64,000 bases of DNA, taken from Acidobacteriota bacterium. Lineage in GTDB: Bacteria; Acidobacteriota; Vicinamibacteria; Vicinamibacterales; JAKQTR01. The position numbers and the translations under genes were made by a program. Positions 9,268 to 18,198 of the stretch are shown in pieces; positions within the stretch are counted from its first letter, which is position 1; the number at the start of each line of letters is the position of its first letter. The stretch is taken from NCBI GenBank assembly GCA_026393755.1, contig JAPKZO010000039.1:134096-198095 (forward strand). The letters run 5' to 3'. The notes under the pieces were generated by a model, which was not told where the DNA came from, did not search any database, and saw nothing but the letters and a program-made list of their open reading frames with translations.

Positions 9268-10644
9268 GTGCAGATTGCCCGTGCCATCGGTGAGGCCGGT
9301 GGTCGCGCCCTCGTGGTCGGCGGGTGGGTCCGCGATCGCATCCTCGAAATTCCCTCTAAAGACATCGACATCGAGGTCTACGGCATCGCCGCCCCGGCGC
9401 TGCGAGCCCTGCTCGAACGCTTCGGGCGGGTCGACACGGTCGGCGAGCAGTTCACCGTCTTCAAGATGGGCGGCCTCGACGTGGCCCTGCCACGACGGGA
9501 ATCCAGGATCGGCCACGGCCACCGCGGCTTCGACGTGCAGGGCGATCCGTCGATGTCGATCGCCGAGGCCTCACGGCGGCGCGACTTCACCATCAATGCC
9601 ATTTCGTGGGATCCGCTGACCGGCGAGTACCTCGACCCGTGCCATGGCCGGGAGGATCTCGATCGGCGCATCCTGCGCGCCGTGGACGCGTCGACCTTCG
9701 GCGATGACAGCCTGCGCGTGCTGCGCGCCCTTCAGTTCGCGGCACGATTCGATCTCCTGGTTGAGGACCGGACCCGCGCGCTGTGCCGGTCGATCGCGCT
9801 CGACGATCTGCCAGGCGAACGGGTCTTCGGGGAGATCGAAAAGCTGCTGCTCTGGGCCCGCCGGCCGTCCGTGGGATTCGCGCTGGGCCTGGATCTCGGC
9901 GTGATCGCCCGCGTGATGCCGGAGATGGCCGCGCTGGTCGGATGTCGGCAGGAGCCCGAATGGCATCCTGAGGGTGACGTCTGGGTGCACACGCTGATGG
10001 TGATCGACCACGCCCGCGTAGCCATCGACGACCTCGATCGGGCGAGGGGTCTGACGGTCATGTTGGGGGCTGTGTGCCACGACTTCGGCAAGCCGGCAAC
10101 CACGGCGCTGGTTGACGGCCGCATCCGCTCACCCAATCACGAACCTGTCGGTGTGCCCTCGACCCTGGCGTGCCTCGACCGCCTCAACGTCCATACCGTC
10201 GACGGCTTCGACGCGCGCCATCACATCGTCGGCCTGGTGGCGTACCACCTGGCGCCAGGCATGTGGCACAAGGCCGCGACACCGGTGGGTGACGGAGCGT
10301 TCAGACGGCTCGCACAGAAGGTGGATCTCGAACTGCTCGCCCGGCTGGCCCGGGCCGACTGCCGGGGCCGCACGGGCAATTTCGACTGCTCGGCCATGGA
10401 CTGGTTTGTCGAGCGGGCGCGGGCGCTCGGGGTCGAGCACCGCCCGCCCGAACCGCTGCTCAAGGGCCGGCATCTGCTCGCCATGGATCTCGAACCGGGC
10501 CCAAGAATCGGTCGAATCGTGAAGGCCGTCTACGAGCGCCAGTTGGATGGCTCTGTCGCAACTTTGGAAGATGCGATCGCCGCTGCCCGCGAGATTCTCT
10601 CGCTCCCGAGCCCACCTCCACCAAACCAGTCCTCCGTCCAGTGA
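9268..10644 (+). CDS. cca: CCA-adding tRNA nucleotidyltransferase with HD domain
   Basis: Motifs GGWVRDRIL, DIDIEV, RRDFTINA and an HD domain (HTLMV...CHDFGKP). The start is uncertain. ATG 9127 overlaps the proline dehydrogenase gene by 85 nt, so TTG 9265, GTG 9268 or CTG 9208 are alternatives. Confidence 0.85.
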   Translation: MQIARAIGEAGGRALVVGGWVRDRILEIPSKDIDIEVYGIAAPALRALLERFGRVDTVGEQFTVFKMGGLDVALPRRESRIGHGHRGFDVQGDPSMSIAEASRRRDFTINAISWDPLTGEYLDPCHGREDLDRRILRAVDASTFGDDSLRVLRALQFAARFDLLVEDRTRALCRSIALDDLPGERVFGEIEKLLLWARRPSVGFALGLDLGVIARVMPEMAALVGCRQEPEWHPEGDVWVHTLMVIDHARVAIDDLDRARGLTVMLGAVCHDFGKPATTALVDGRIRSPNHEPVGVPSTLACLDRLNVHTVDGFDARHHIVGLVAYHLAPGMWHKAATPVGDGAFRRLAQKVDLELLARLARADCRGRTGNFDCSAMDWFVERARALGVEHRPPEPLLKGRHLLAMDLEPGPRIGRIVKAVYERQLDGSVATLEDAIAAAREILSLPSPPPPNQSSVQ

Positions 10645-10840
10645 GGCTTCCGGGCCGCCCACAGTTCCTGGTGTGTCGCCGATCGGTCCATCCCTCGTTC
10701 TGCGGGCCACCGACCCGCGAAAATGAGACTGAGATGAGAAAAGGGGCCAGGCCCCAATTCGCCAGGGGCGCTCGGCGCAGGTTCCGGCCCGGCGCCTCTT
10801 GGTTGCGACGAAGTGCACCGATGTGGCACAATATTTGGAT

Positions 10841-11146
10841 ATGGCAGGTCTTGAATTGGATCCCGTTGACTCTCCGGTGCCTCAACCTGAGACACCCGCC
10901 GGCAGTGCTGCCCCGGCACCAGCGCCCCAGATAACGGCCGCCGTCCTGCGGTTTCAGTCATGCCGGTGGCGCGAGAAGGCCGAAGACGGAGTGCCAGACC
11001 ACTGCACGCACAGAGACGTCCAGCCAATGGCCGGGACGTGCGGGTTCGATCCAGACGCCTGGTGTCCGGATTGCGGCTTTTACAAGGTTCGCCGGAACCC
11101 GCATAAGCATGTGCCGCAGGTGCCGGAGAATCGCATCTACTACTAG
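10841..11146 (+). CDS. Small Cys/His-rich hypothetical protein (about 101 aa)
   Basis: ORF 10799..11146 with the most plausible ATG at 10841 (MAGLELDP...). The C-terminal half reads SCRWREK...DHCTHRD...GTCGFDPDAWCPDCGFYK, a zinc-ribbon-like spacing. No family was recognised, and coding status rests on ORF shape only. Confidence 0.45.
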   Translation: MAGLELDPVDSPVPQPETPAGSAAPAPAPQITAAVLRFQSCRWREKAEDGVPDHCTHRDVQPMAGTCGFDPDAWCPDCGFYKVRRNPHKHVPQVPENRIYY

Positions 11147-11286
11147 CCGAATCCGACCGCCCCTGTTCCCGCTGCTTGCTGCTTGCCTTTGACTTCCGTC
11201 TCGCGCCCGGCGTCTGCCTGCTGATCACCGACGACCGACGACCGGCGCAGTGCATCTTCAACGCACGGGCTCGAGGAATCGCTCCC

Positions 11287-12177
11287 CTACGGCGTCTCGG
11301 AGAACTCATGGGCGAGTTCGGCCCACTCGCCGTCGGGCGCCAGATTGCGGTAGCTTTGCCAGTGGATGCGGGCATCAGCTGGACGTTCGGCCTTCTCGAG
11401 CACGACGGCCAGATAGAGATGCACCTCCGGGTAGCCCGGGCAGATCGCCAGCGCCCGGCGATAATAACGCTCGGCGTCGGCAAACCGTCCAAGATCGTGA
11501 TGGATGTTGCCCAGATTGAAGTGGCCCTCGAAGACGTCGGGGTCGAGGCCGATCGCGTGCTGGTACAGCGCCTGCGCCTCGATGAGTTCATCGGACGCGT
11601 AGTGGATGTTGGCCAGATTGATGACCGCTGGCACCAGATGCGGATCCGACTCAAGCGCCTTCCGGTACGCCGCCGCGGCCCTCTCCTGGTTCTCGATGGT
11701 CCCGTCATCGAGTGTCGACGCGAGGCGGAAGTACTGCTCGGCCAGAGACGGATCAGCCGGCGCTGATTCCGCAGCAGCGATTCCGGCACTCTCGAGCGAG
11801 GCTCGGGCCTGGACCACGACCGGCGGTTGATTGAGCACCACAACCTGTCCCGGCCTGGCGTCCTTCCGGAAATCGAGTACGAGTTGCCCGGCGCGAGTCG
11901 TCTTGATCGCCCGGAGTACGGCTCTGAACGAGGCCCCACGCTGGAGTTCGCCGTGGAGCCGACGCACGACCAGCAGGTCCTGGAACAGGATCGACCGCTC
12001 CCCGGAGGGAGTGATCGCAATCTGAATGATGTCGTGCTTCTGAAGCTCGCGGAGAAATTCCTCGCGGATCGATCGATACATCGCCAGCACTTCGTCGAGC
12101 TTGTACGACTGCGCCGGCTGCGGCCGGTCTGAGTCGTTTGCTGCCGCCACGGGAACCGGTCCCTGAGGCGCATCCAT
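11287..12177 (-). CDS. MerR-like HTH domain fused to TPR repeats
   Basis: ATG at 12177 (MDAPQGP...). The N-terminal YKLDEVLAMYRSIREEFLRELQKHDII...RSILFQDLLVVRRLHGELQRGASF resembles a MerR-type HTH. The C-terminal part has 3-4 TPR units (AAAAYRKALESDP, AQALYQHAIGLDP, AERYYRRALAICP). Confidence 0.75.
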   Translation of the reverse strand: MDAPQGPVPVAAANDSDRPQPAQSYKLDEVLAMYRSIREEFLRELQKHDIIQIAITPSGERSILFQDLLVVRRLHGELQRGASFRAVLRAIKTTRAGQLVLDFRKDARPGQVVVLNQPPVVVQARASLESAGIAAAESAPADPSLAEQYFRLASTLDDGTIENQERAAAAYRKALESDPHLVPAVINLANIHYASDELIEAQALYQHAIGLDPDVFEGHFNLGNIHHDLGRFADAERYYRRALAICPGYPEVHLYLAVVLEKAERPADARIHWQSYRNLAPDGEWAELAHEFSETP

Positions 12178-12499
12178 CGACGAAGATGACACCGCGTCCC
12201 CCTCTAGGTCCTTCGATCCACAGTTTCGGCGACGAACGCGTTCACGCGGAGCCTGGCGCTGAGCGAGTGTCTCGCACCGGGTCGCCTCGCGAAGGTGCAG
12301 TCGCAACTGCTGGTCGAAGCACCACGCAACGGTAGTGGACGACCCCAGTCAAGTCAACTCGCCAACCACCGGACTCCAACCGATATCGAACCCGCTGCGT
12401 CACCTGCCGGCGACACGCAGTCCCACGGGGGCCACAGGTGGGGCGGGTATGCCGGCCGAGCTGCCTGGGGTCTGATGGTTTTTAGGCCAGATCCTCAAT

Positions 12500-12543
12500 C
12501 TGGCAATAGGTACTGAGATTGCATAGATGCTGGGTATTGCCAG
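12500..12543. promoter_or_regulatory. Perfect 9-bp inverted repeat CTGGCAATA-N26-TATTGCCAG in an AT-rich leader upstream of the PEGA gene
   Basis: Read directly: 12500-12508 CTGGCAATA and 12535-12543 TATTGCCAG. It lies 19 nt upstream of the ATG at 12562, and the RBS GAGGAG is at 12549. It could be an operator or a 5'-UTR stem. Confidence 0.3.
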
Positions 12544-12561
12544 TATCCGAGGAGACTGATT

Positions 12562-13554
12562 ATGCGAGTCAAGAACATGCTTCTCTCGGCTGCCGTCATC
12601 GGCAGCTTCATAGTGCTATCGCCTGCCGTCGCCGCTGCGCAGCACCGCGGAGGCGGACACGCGGTCGCACGTCCGCAGGTTGCACGTCCGCAGGTCGCGC
12701 GCCCGCAGCCCGTCGGCCGGATCGTCGGGCGGGGATCGTTCGGAATGGGGGCGTACTGGGGCCCGTCGTACTACAGCAGCCTCACGTGGGGGTTCCCGCG
12801 ATGGTGGTATCCGTTCGGGTACGTGCCCTACTGGTATGGGCCGTATTGGTACAAACCGTACGGGTATCGTGGAGACGATCTGGGCAGCTCGATCAAGCTT
12901 GATGTCAAGCCGAAGACCACGGACGTGTTCGTCGATGGCTATTACGCGGGAGCCGCCGCCGACTTCGGCGGCTGGTTCCGGAGCCTCAACGTTGCTCCGG
13001 GCAACCACGAGGTCACGCTATGGTCTCTGGGCTATCGAACAGTCACGCAGCAAGTCCACGTGCAGTTTGAGGGGCAATTGAAGTTGAGCTGCCAGATGGT
13101 ACCGCTCGCGACAGGCGAATTGCAGGACGCGAGACCGGTGCCTCCTCCCGTCGCGCAAACGCCACGGGCCCGTCGCGATCTCTCCGTGGCGCCCGATCAG
13201 CCGGCGCCACCGGATCGTCCGGCCCGGCCTCGACGGCCAGCGCCTCGTTCACAGCCGCCGGAACCGCAGCAGCCGGCACGGTCGCAACCGGCTCCTTCTC
13301 CCGCGGTCGGCGAGACGCCGGACTACGCGCAGCTGACAATCAAGGCTCAGCCAGGCGGGGTCCAGGTCTTCATCGATGGCGAGGCCTGGCACAGTTCGCC
13401 GGGAGCTGATCGCCTGGTCGTGCATCTGCCGGTTGGCGTGCATCACATCGAGATTCGAAAAGACGGGTTCCGGACATTCAAGACGGATGTCGAAATCCGA
13501 AGCGGCGAACCCACGACGTTGAACGTGAGCTTGTCGGGCCAGGACGCGGGCTAG
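12562..13554 (+). CDS. Secreted protein with two PEGA domains
   Basis: Signal peptide MRVKNMLLSAAVIGSFIVLSPAVAAAQ. There are two PEGA-like modules (KLDVKPKTTDVFVDGYYAG...GNHEVTLWSLGYRT and LTIKAQPGGVQVFIDGEAW...GVHHIEIRKDGFRTF), separated by a Pro-rich linker. Confidence 0.85.
   Translation: MRVKNMLLSAAVIGSFIVLSPAVAAAQHRGGGHAVARPQVARPQVARPQPVGRIVGRGSFGMGAYWGPSYYSSLTWGFPRWWYPFGYVPYWYGPYWYKPYGYRGDDLGSSIKLDVKPKTTDVFVDGYYAGAAADFGGWFRSLNVAPGNHEVTLWSLGYRTVTQQVHVQFEGQLKLSCQMVPLATGELQDARPVPPPVAQTPRARRDLSVAPDQPAPPDRPARPRRPAPRSQPPEPQQPARSQPAPSPAVGETPDYAQLTIKAQPGGVQVFIDGEAWHSSPGADRLVVHLPVGVHHIEIRKDGFRTFKTDVEIRSGEPTTLNVSLSGQDAG
12667..12711 (+). repeat. 15-nt tandem repeat x3 (GCACGTCCGCAGGTY) encoding (ARPQV)3 inside the PEGA gene
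   Basis: Read directly: units at 12667-12681, 12682-12696 and 12697-12711. The third unit is degenerate. Confidence 0.8.
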
Positions 13555-14633
13555 TTGACCTGGCGCAGCGGAATGATCGGCGCCTTGCGGAAGCTCTGGA
13601 TCGACACCTGCGCGGCCGTGCGCTCGGCAGCGGCGACAAACGCGAGCGCTGCGGGCGACGTCGGATCACTCAAGATGATCGGCACGCCGGTGTCACCACC
13701 CACCCGCAGGGGTTCGGAAATCGGGACCCGACCCAGAAACGGCACGTGCATCTGCCCGGCCAGTTTCTCGCCCCCTCCGCTGCCGAAAATGTCGCTCTCG
13801 TGGCGGCACGACGGGCACACGAAGTGGCTCATGTTCTCGATGAGGCCGAGGATGGGGATCTCCAGCTTCTGATACATCGCGATCGCACGCCTGGTATCGG
13901 CAAGCGACACCTGCTGAGGCGTGGTCACGACAATCGCGCCAGCCACGAACACGATCTGGCTCAGGCTGAGCACGACGTCGCCGGTGCCCGGAGGCAGATC
14001 GATCACCAGGTAGTCGAGATTGTCCCACCGCACCTCTTGAAAGAACTGGCGGATGACGCCGTGCAGCATCGGGCCTCGCCAGATCACCGGCGCATCATCT
14101 GTGGCGAGGAAGCCCATCGACACGACCTGCAGGTCGTACTTCTCGGCGGGCAGGATCTTCTCGCCGTCGCTGCCGAGTGGGGCGTCGATCCCCAGCATGA
14201 TCGGCACATTCGGGCCGTAGATGTCGCCGTCAATTATGCCGACCCGGCTGCCCGTCCTCGCGAGCGCCAGCGCGAGGTTCACCGCCACGGTGGTCTTGCC
14301 GACGCCGCCCTTGCCCGCGCCGACCGCAATCACGTTCTTGACGCCTGGGACGGACCCCTTGTTCAGGTCCTGCGACACCGCGGCCCGCACCTGCGCCGTC
14401 ATCCTGATGTCGACGTCGGTAACTCCCGGGATCTGCAATACGGCCGCCCGGGCCTGCTCCTTCATCTGCTCCCTCACGGGGCAGGCCGGTGTCGTGAGCT
14501 CAATGGTGACGGCCACGCGCCCGCCGTCGATCGCGACGTCCTTCACGAAGCCAAGCGAGACGATGTCCTTGTGGAGATCGGGGTCTGAGACGCCGGACAG
14601 CGCCTGGAGAATCTGTGCCTGTTCGAGTGCCAT
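13551..14633 (-). CDS. apbC: Mrp/NBP35 (ApbC) Fe-S cluster carrier ATPase
   Basis: N-terminal DUF59-like domain, deviant Walker A AVGAGKGGVGKTTVAVNLA, and the CPSC (CxxC) cluster-binding motif in ENMSHFVCPSCRHESDIFG. Confidence 0.9.
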   Translation of the reverse strand: MALEQAQILQALSGVSDPDLHKDIVSLGFVKDVAIDGGRVAVTIELTTPACPVREQMKEQARAAVLQIPGVTDVDIRMTAQVRAAVSQDLNKGSVPGVKNVIAVGAGKGGVGKTTVAVNLALALARTGSRVGIIDGDIYGPNVPIMLGIDAPLGSDGEKILPAEKYDLQVVSMGFLATDDAPVIWRGPMLHGVIRQFFQEVRWDNLDYLVIDLPPGTGDVVLSLSQIVFVAGAIVVTTPQQVSLADTRRAIAMYQKLEIPILGLIENMSHFVCPSCRHESDIFGSGGGEKLAGQMHVPFLGRVPISEPLRVGGDTGVPIILSDPTSPAALAFVAAAERTAAQVSIQSFRKAPIIPLRQVN

Positions 14634-14733
14634 GAACTCAGCTTATCGGCTTTGGGGACGCCCTGGCAACGTACGGAAAGGAATGGAATGAAACTGAATT
14701 CCCGCGCATTGAGGCCGAGCCTCGCGAGACCGT

Positions 14734-14991
14734 CTACTGAAAATCGCTGAGGCGGCGGTTGATCTCGGCGAGCGCGCTCATCAACTGCTGGCGACGCGCC
14801 TCGTGGACCATGGTGGCCAGTTGCCGCTCGATGTCGGCCCGGGCCAGGCGCAGCGACTCAGTCGCCCGAACGCGCTCGGGATCGAGCGGCGGCCCCCCCT
14901 GCCTGGACAGGCGACGGCTTTCCTGCATCTCTTCCATGCGCTCCTCGATCCGTGAGGTCGCGTCGATTAGTCCCTCGCCAGCATCGCCCAT
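14734..14991 (-). CDS. Small charged coiled-coil hypothetical protein (85 aa)
   Basis: The ORF lies between the citrate synthase and mrp genes on the same strand. It has a heptad-like E/R-rich sequence and no recognisable family. Confidence 0.4.
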   Translation of the reverse strand: MGDAGEGLIDATSRIEERMEEMQESRRLSRQGGPPLDPERVRATESLRLARADIERQLATMVHEARRQQLMSALAEINRRLSDFQ

Positions 14992-15057
14992 GCGGTCTCC
15001 GGTCCTTTCTGCGACGGGTCTGTCGTTGTTGTCTGGAGTTGATTATAGCGGGAAGGC

Positions 15058-16353
15058 CTACGGTTTCGCGGCCGCGGCCCTGGCGGCTTCGCCTTCGAGC
15101 CACTTCGAGGTCACCGACTTGGGGCGCGTGATCGGCAGACCGAGGGCCCTGGCCATCACCGCCTGTGAGCACACGCCAAGCGCGCGTGACACGCTGAAGA
15201 GCACGGTGTAGTACGCGAATTCGGTCAGGCCGTAATGATAGAGCAGCGCTCCAGAAGCAGCGTCCACGTTGGGCCAGGGATCCTTGATCTTCTGTATCGT
15301 CTTGAGGATGTCCGGCACCGTGTCGAACACATTCGACACGGTCTGGAACACCGGGTCGTCAGCCATGTACTTCTTGCCGAACGCGAGGAACGCATTGAAG
15401 CGAGGGTCTGTGATCCGCAGCACCGCGTGTCCGTACCCCGGGATCACGCGGCCGGAAGCCAGTGTCTCCTGCGCGTAGGTCCTGATCTGGTCCTTGGTCG
15501 GCCGGCCGCCGAACTGCCTGTTGGTGTCGAGCACCCACGCCAGACATTCCTGGTTCGCCAGGCCGTGCAGCGGTCCCGCCAGGCCGTTCAACCCGGCCGA
15601 CAGCGAGTAGTAGAGATCCGACAGCGCCGAATTCACCGTGGCCGTCGTCATCGCGCTCACGTTTCCGCTCTCGTGGTCGGAGTGCAGCACCATGTAAAGG
15701 CGCATCAACTTCGCGAAGTTCCCGGTCGGATCGGCGATGCCAAGCATCGCCGCGTAGTCGGCTGCCCAGTCAAGCTCGGGGTTCGGGGCAATGCGGGGGC
15801 CCGTGCCGAAACGCCTGCGGTAGACGCCCGCCGCGATTTCGGGCAGGACGGCGACGATCCTGAGTGCATCTTCGAGCGTGGCAACCCAGTACTCGTCCTT
15901 CCTCATGCCCGCGTCGTAGCGCTGGCGGAAGACGGACTCCCGTTCCATGACGAGGATGGCGGTGTTCAGCATCACCATCGGGTGCGAATCGGCGGGCATC
16001 GCCGACAAGACGTCCCAGACGTAGTCGGGCACCCTGGCGCGGGCTCGCAACTCGGCCTGTAAATCGGCCAGTTCGTCGGCCTTGGGCGTCTCGCCCGTGA
16101 GCAGCAGCCACAGCGTCTCTTCGGGCAGCTGCTCGGTCAACTGCCCGACGGGGATGCCGCGGATGATGAGCCCCTTATCCGGCGGCACTTCCGACGTATC
16201 GCACACCAGCGACTTGACGCCCCGCATGCCGCCGTACGCCTGCTCGATGGTGCACTCCGAGATCTTGACGGCGCCGCTCCCCTTGGTGAGCTTCTTGACG
16301 TTCTCGCGCAGGCCTGGAACCTGCTGTGCCAGTCTTGCCTGTAATTTCGACAT
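15058..16353 (-). CDS. Citrate synthase, eukaryote-like type (paralog 1)
   Basis: ATG at 16353 (MSKLQARL...). Motifs LHSDHESGNVSAMT, GLAGPLHGLANQE, PGYGHAVLRITDPR, WPNVDAASG, which carry the catalytic His/His/Asp blocks of dimeric mitochondrial-type citrate synthases. Confidence 0.9.
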   Translation of the reverse strand: MSKLQARLAQQVPGLRENVKKLTKGSGAVKISECTIEQAYGGMRGVKSLVCDTSEVPPDKGLIIRGIPVGQLTEQLPEETLWLLLTGETPKADELADLQAELRARARVPDYVWDVLSAMPADSHPMVMLNTAILVMERESVFRQRYDAGMRKDEYWVATLEDALRIVAVLPEIAAGVYRRRFGTGPRIAPNPELDWAADYAAMLGIADPTGNFAKLMRLYMVLHSDHESGNVSAMTTATVNSALSDLYYSLSAGLNGLAGPLHGLANQECLAWVLDTNRQFGGRPTKDQIRTYAQETLASGRVIPGYGHAVLRITDPRFNAFLAFGKKYMADDPVFQTVSNVFDTVPDILKTIQKIKDPWPNVDAASGALLYHYGLTEFAYYTVLFSVSRALGVCSQAVMARALGLPITRPKSVTSKWLEGEAARAAAAKP

Positions 16354-16735
16354 ACGAGTTCTCCTGCTGACCCGCGTTGGGCGGGGGGCGCACCACAAGA
16401 GCAAGGAGCCACTGTGCGCCAGACGAGGCCGGCGGTGCCTGCTGACAAGGGGGCTCGACGGGCGATGTTGCCGCGCGCGAACCGTGGTGGGCCGTAACCG
16501 GAATCCACGAGGGGCTACGGGGTCTTACCCGTCTTCTCGGTGAGCAGCCACAATCTTGTAATATAGCCTGCGCGGCGGGCAAAGAACGGACAAATGCGGC
16601 AGAGGATGGCGCCTGCGACGGCGCAGGGTTCCCTCGATTCCTGTAGACCGGCGCACGCCATTTTAGAGTATTATCGGGTCCGCCTCCGCGGGATTATTCC
16701 GACCCCCTATTATCCACTCTGAAGGAGAGAATCGC

Positions 16736-18064
16736 ATGGCCTTAAAGGAAACGCTCAAGCAGAAGATCGATGAATTCCGCCCAAGAACCACGAAGCTCGT
16801 GAAGGAATTCGGCAAGGTCATCATCGACCAGGTCACCATCGACCAGGCGATTGGCGGCGCCCGCGACATCCGGTCTCTCGTCACGGACATTTCCTACCTG
16901 GATCCGCAGGAAGGAATCCGGTTCCGTGGCAAGACCATTCCCGAAACGTTCGAGGCGCTTCCGAAGGCCCCGGGCTCCAAGTATCCGACCGTGGAGTCGT
17001 TCTGGTATTTCCTGCTGACCGGTGAAGTGCCGACCCAGACGCAGGTCGACGAAGTCGTGGCCGAGTGGAAGATCCGCCAGGCCGTACCGCAGTACGTGTT
17101 CGACGCGATCCGCGCGCTGCCGCGCGACAGCCACCCGATGGTGATGTTGTCGGTCGGGCTGCTGGCGCTGCAGAAGGATTCCAAGTTCAAGAACTTCTAC
17201 AACTCAGGCAAGTTCAACAAGATGTCGGCGTGGGAGTACGTCTACGAAGACGCCTCCGACATCGTGGCGCGCATCCCTGTCATCGCGGCGTTCATCTACA
17301 ACCTCAAGTTCCGGGGCGACAAGCAGAACGCCATCGACCCGACGCTCGACATGGGCGCGAATTTCGCGCACATGATCGGACAGTGCGAAGCGTACAAGGA
17401 TGTCGCGCGGATGTACTTCATCCTGCACTCCGACCATGAGTCGGGCAACGTCTCGGCGCACACGACGCACCTGGTGCACTCGGCGCTGTCGGATCCCTAC
17501 TACGCCTATTCGGCGGGCCTCAATGGCCTGGCGGGCCCACTGCACGGCCTCGCCAACCAGGAAGTGCTCGACTGGACGATCAAGTTCCAGCAGAAGTACT
17601 GCGCGACGACCGAGCCGACCAAGGAACTGATCACCAAGGCGCTCTGGGAGACGCTGAACGCCGGCCAGGTGGTTCCGGGCTATGGCCACGCGGTGCTCCG
17701 CAAGACCGACCCCCGCTACATGTCGCAGCGCGAGTTCTGTCTGGCGACTCCGGGCCTGAGGGACGACCCGCTATTCAAGCTGGTCTCCATGATCTTCGAG
17801 GTCGCGCCGATCGTGCTCACCGAGCACGGCAAGACGAAGAACCCCTGGCCCAACGTCGACGCACAGTCCGGCGTCATCCAGTGGTATTTCGGCCTGAAGG
17901 AACGGGATTTCTACACGGTCCTGTTCGGCGTCGGCCGTGCGCTGGGCTGCATGGCGAATATCACCTGGGACCGCGGACTCGGCTATGCCCTCGAGCGGCC
18001 GAAGTCGGTGACCACGGCGATGCTCGAGAAGTGGGCGGCGGAAGGCGGCCGCAAGCTCGCGTAG
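16736..18064 (+). CDS. Citrate synthase, eukaryote-like type (paralog 2)
   Basis: Motifs LHSDHESGNVSAHTTHLVHSALSDPY, GLAGPLHGLANQEVL, PGYGHAVLRKTDPRY, WPNVDAQSG. The RBS GAAGGAGAG precedes the ATG at 16736. Confidence 0.9.
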   Translation: MALKETLKQKIDEFRPRTTKLVKEFGKVIIDQVTIDQAIGGARDIRSLVTDISYLDPQEGIRFRGKTIPETFEALPKAPGSKYPTVESFWYFLLTGEVPTQTQVDEVVAEWKIRQAVPQYVFDAIRALPRDSHPMVMLSVGLLALQKDSKFKNFYNSGKFNKMSAWEYVYEDASDIVARIPVIAAFIYNLKFRGDKQNAIDPTLDMGANFAHMIGQCEAYKDVARMYFILHSDHESGNVSAHTTHLVHSALSDPYYAYSAGLNGLAGPLHGLANQEVLDWTIKFQQKYCATTEPTKELITKALWETLNAGQVVPGYGHAVLRKTDPRYMSQREFCLATPGLRDDPLFKLVSMIFEVAPIVLTEHGKTKNPWPNVDAQSGVIQWYFGLKERDFYTVLFGVGRALGCMANITWDRGLGYALERPKSVTTAMLEKWAAEGGRKLA

Positions 18065-18098
18065 GGCTCTGACGAGTTCATCACGACAGACACGCGAA

Positions 18099-18134
18099 GG
18101 GGGATGCCGGCAGCGGCATCCCCCGTTTTGTTTC
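18099..18134 (+). terminator. Rho-independent terminator after citrate synthase paralog 2
   Basis: GGGGGATGCC-ggcagc-GGCATCCCCC (10-bp perfect stem) followed by GTTTTGTTTC, 35 nt after the stop codon. Confidence 0.75.
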
Positions 18135-18198
18135 TGCTCGTGCGAACTGGGAGCAAAGCGACGGGAACCCGGACGACCCGGGCACCCGCGCCTGTCAC

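Noticed and set aside
10826-10841. Sigma-54-like motif TGGCAC-aatat-TTGGa just upstream of the small Cys-rich ORF
   Set aside because: The spacing is right, but the -12 element is TTGG rather than TTGC. The predicted transcription start would also fall inside or after the ATG at 10841, so it is not consistent with driving that ORF.
12178-12499. Possible tRNA or small RNA in the 385-bp intergenic region (GGTTCGATATCGG-like string on the minus strand)
   Set aside because: No cloverleaf can be drawn. The T-arm-like string lacks a complementary stem, and no acceptor stem is present. It should still be run through Infernal/tRNAscan.
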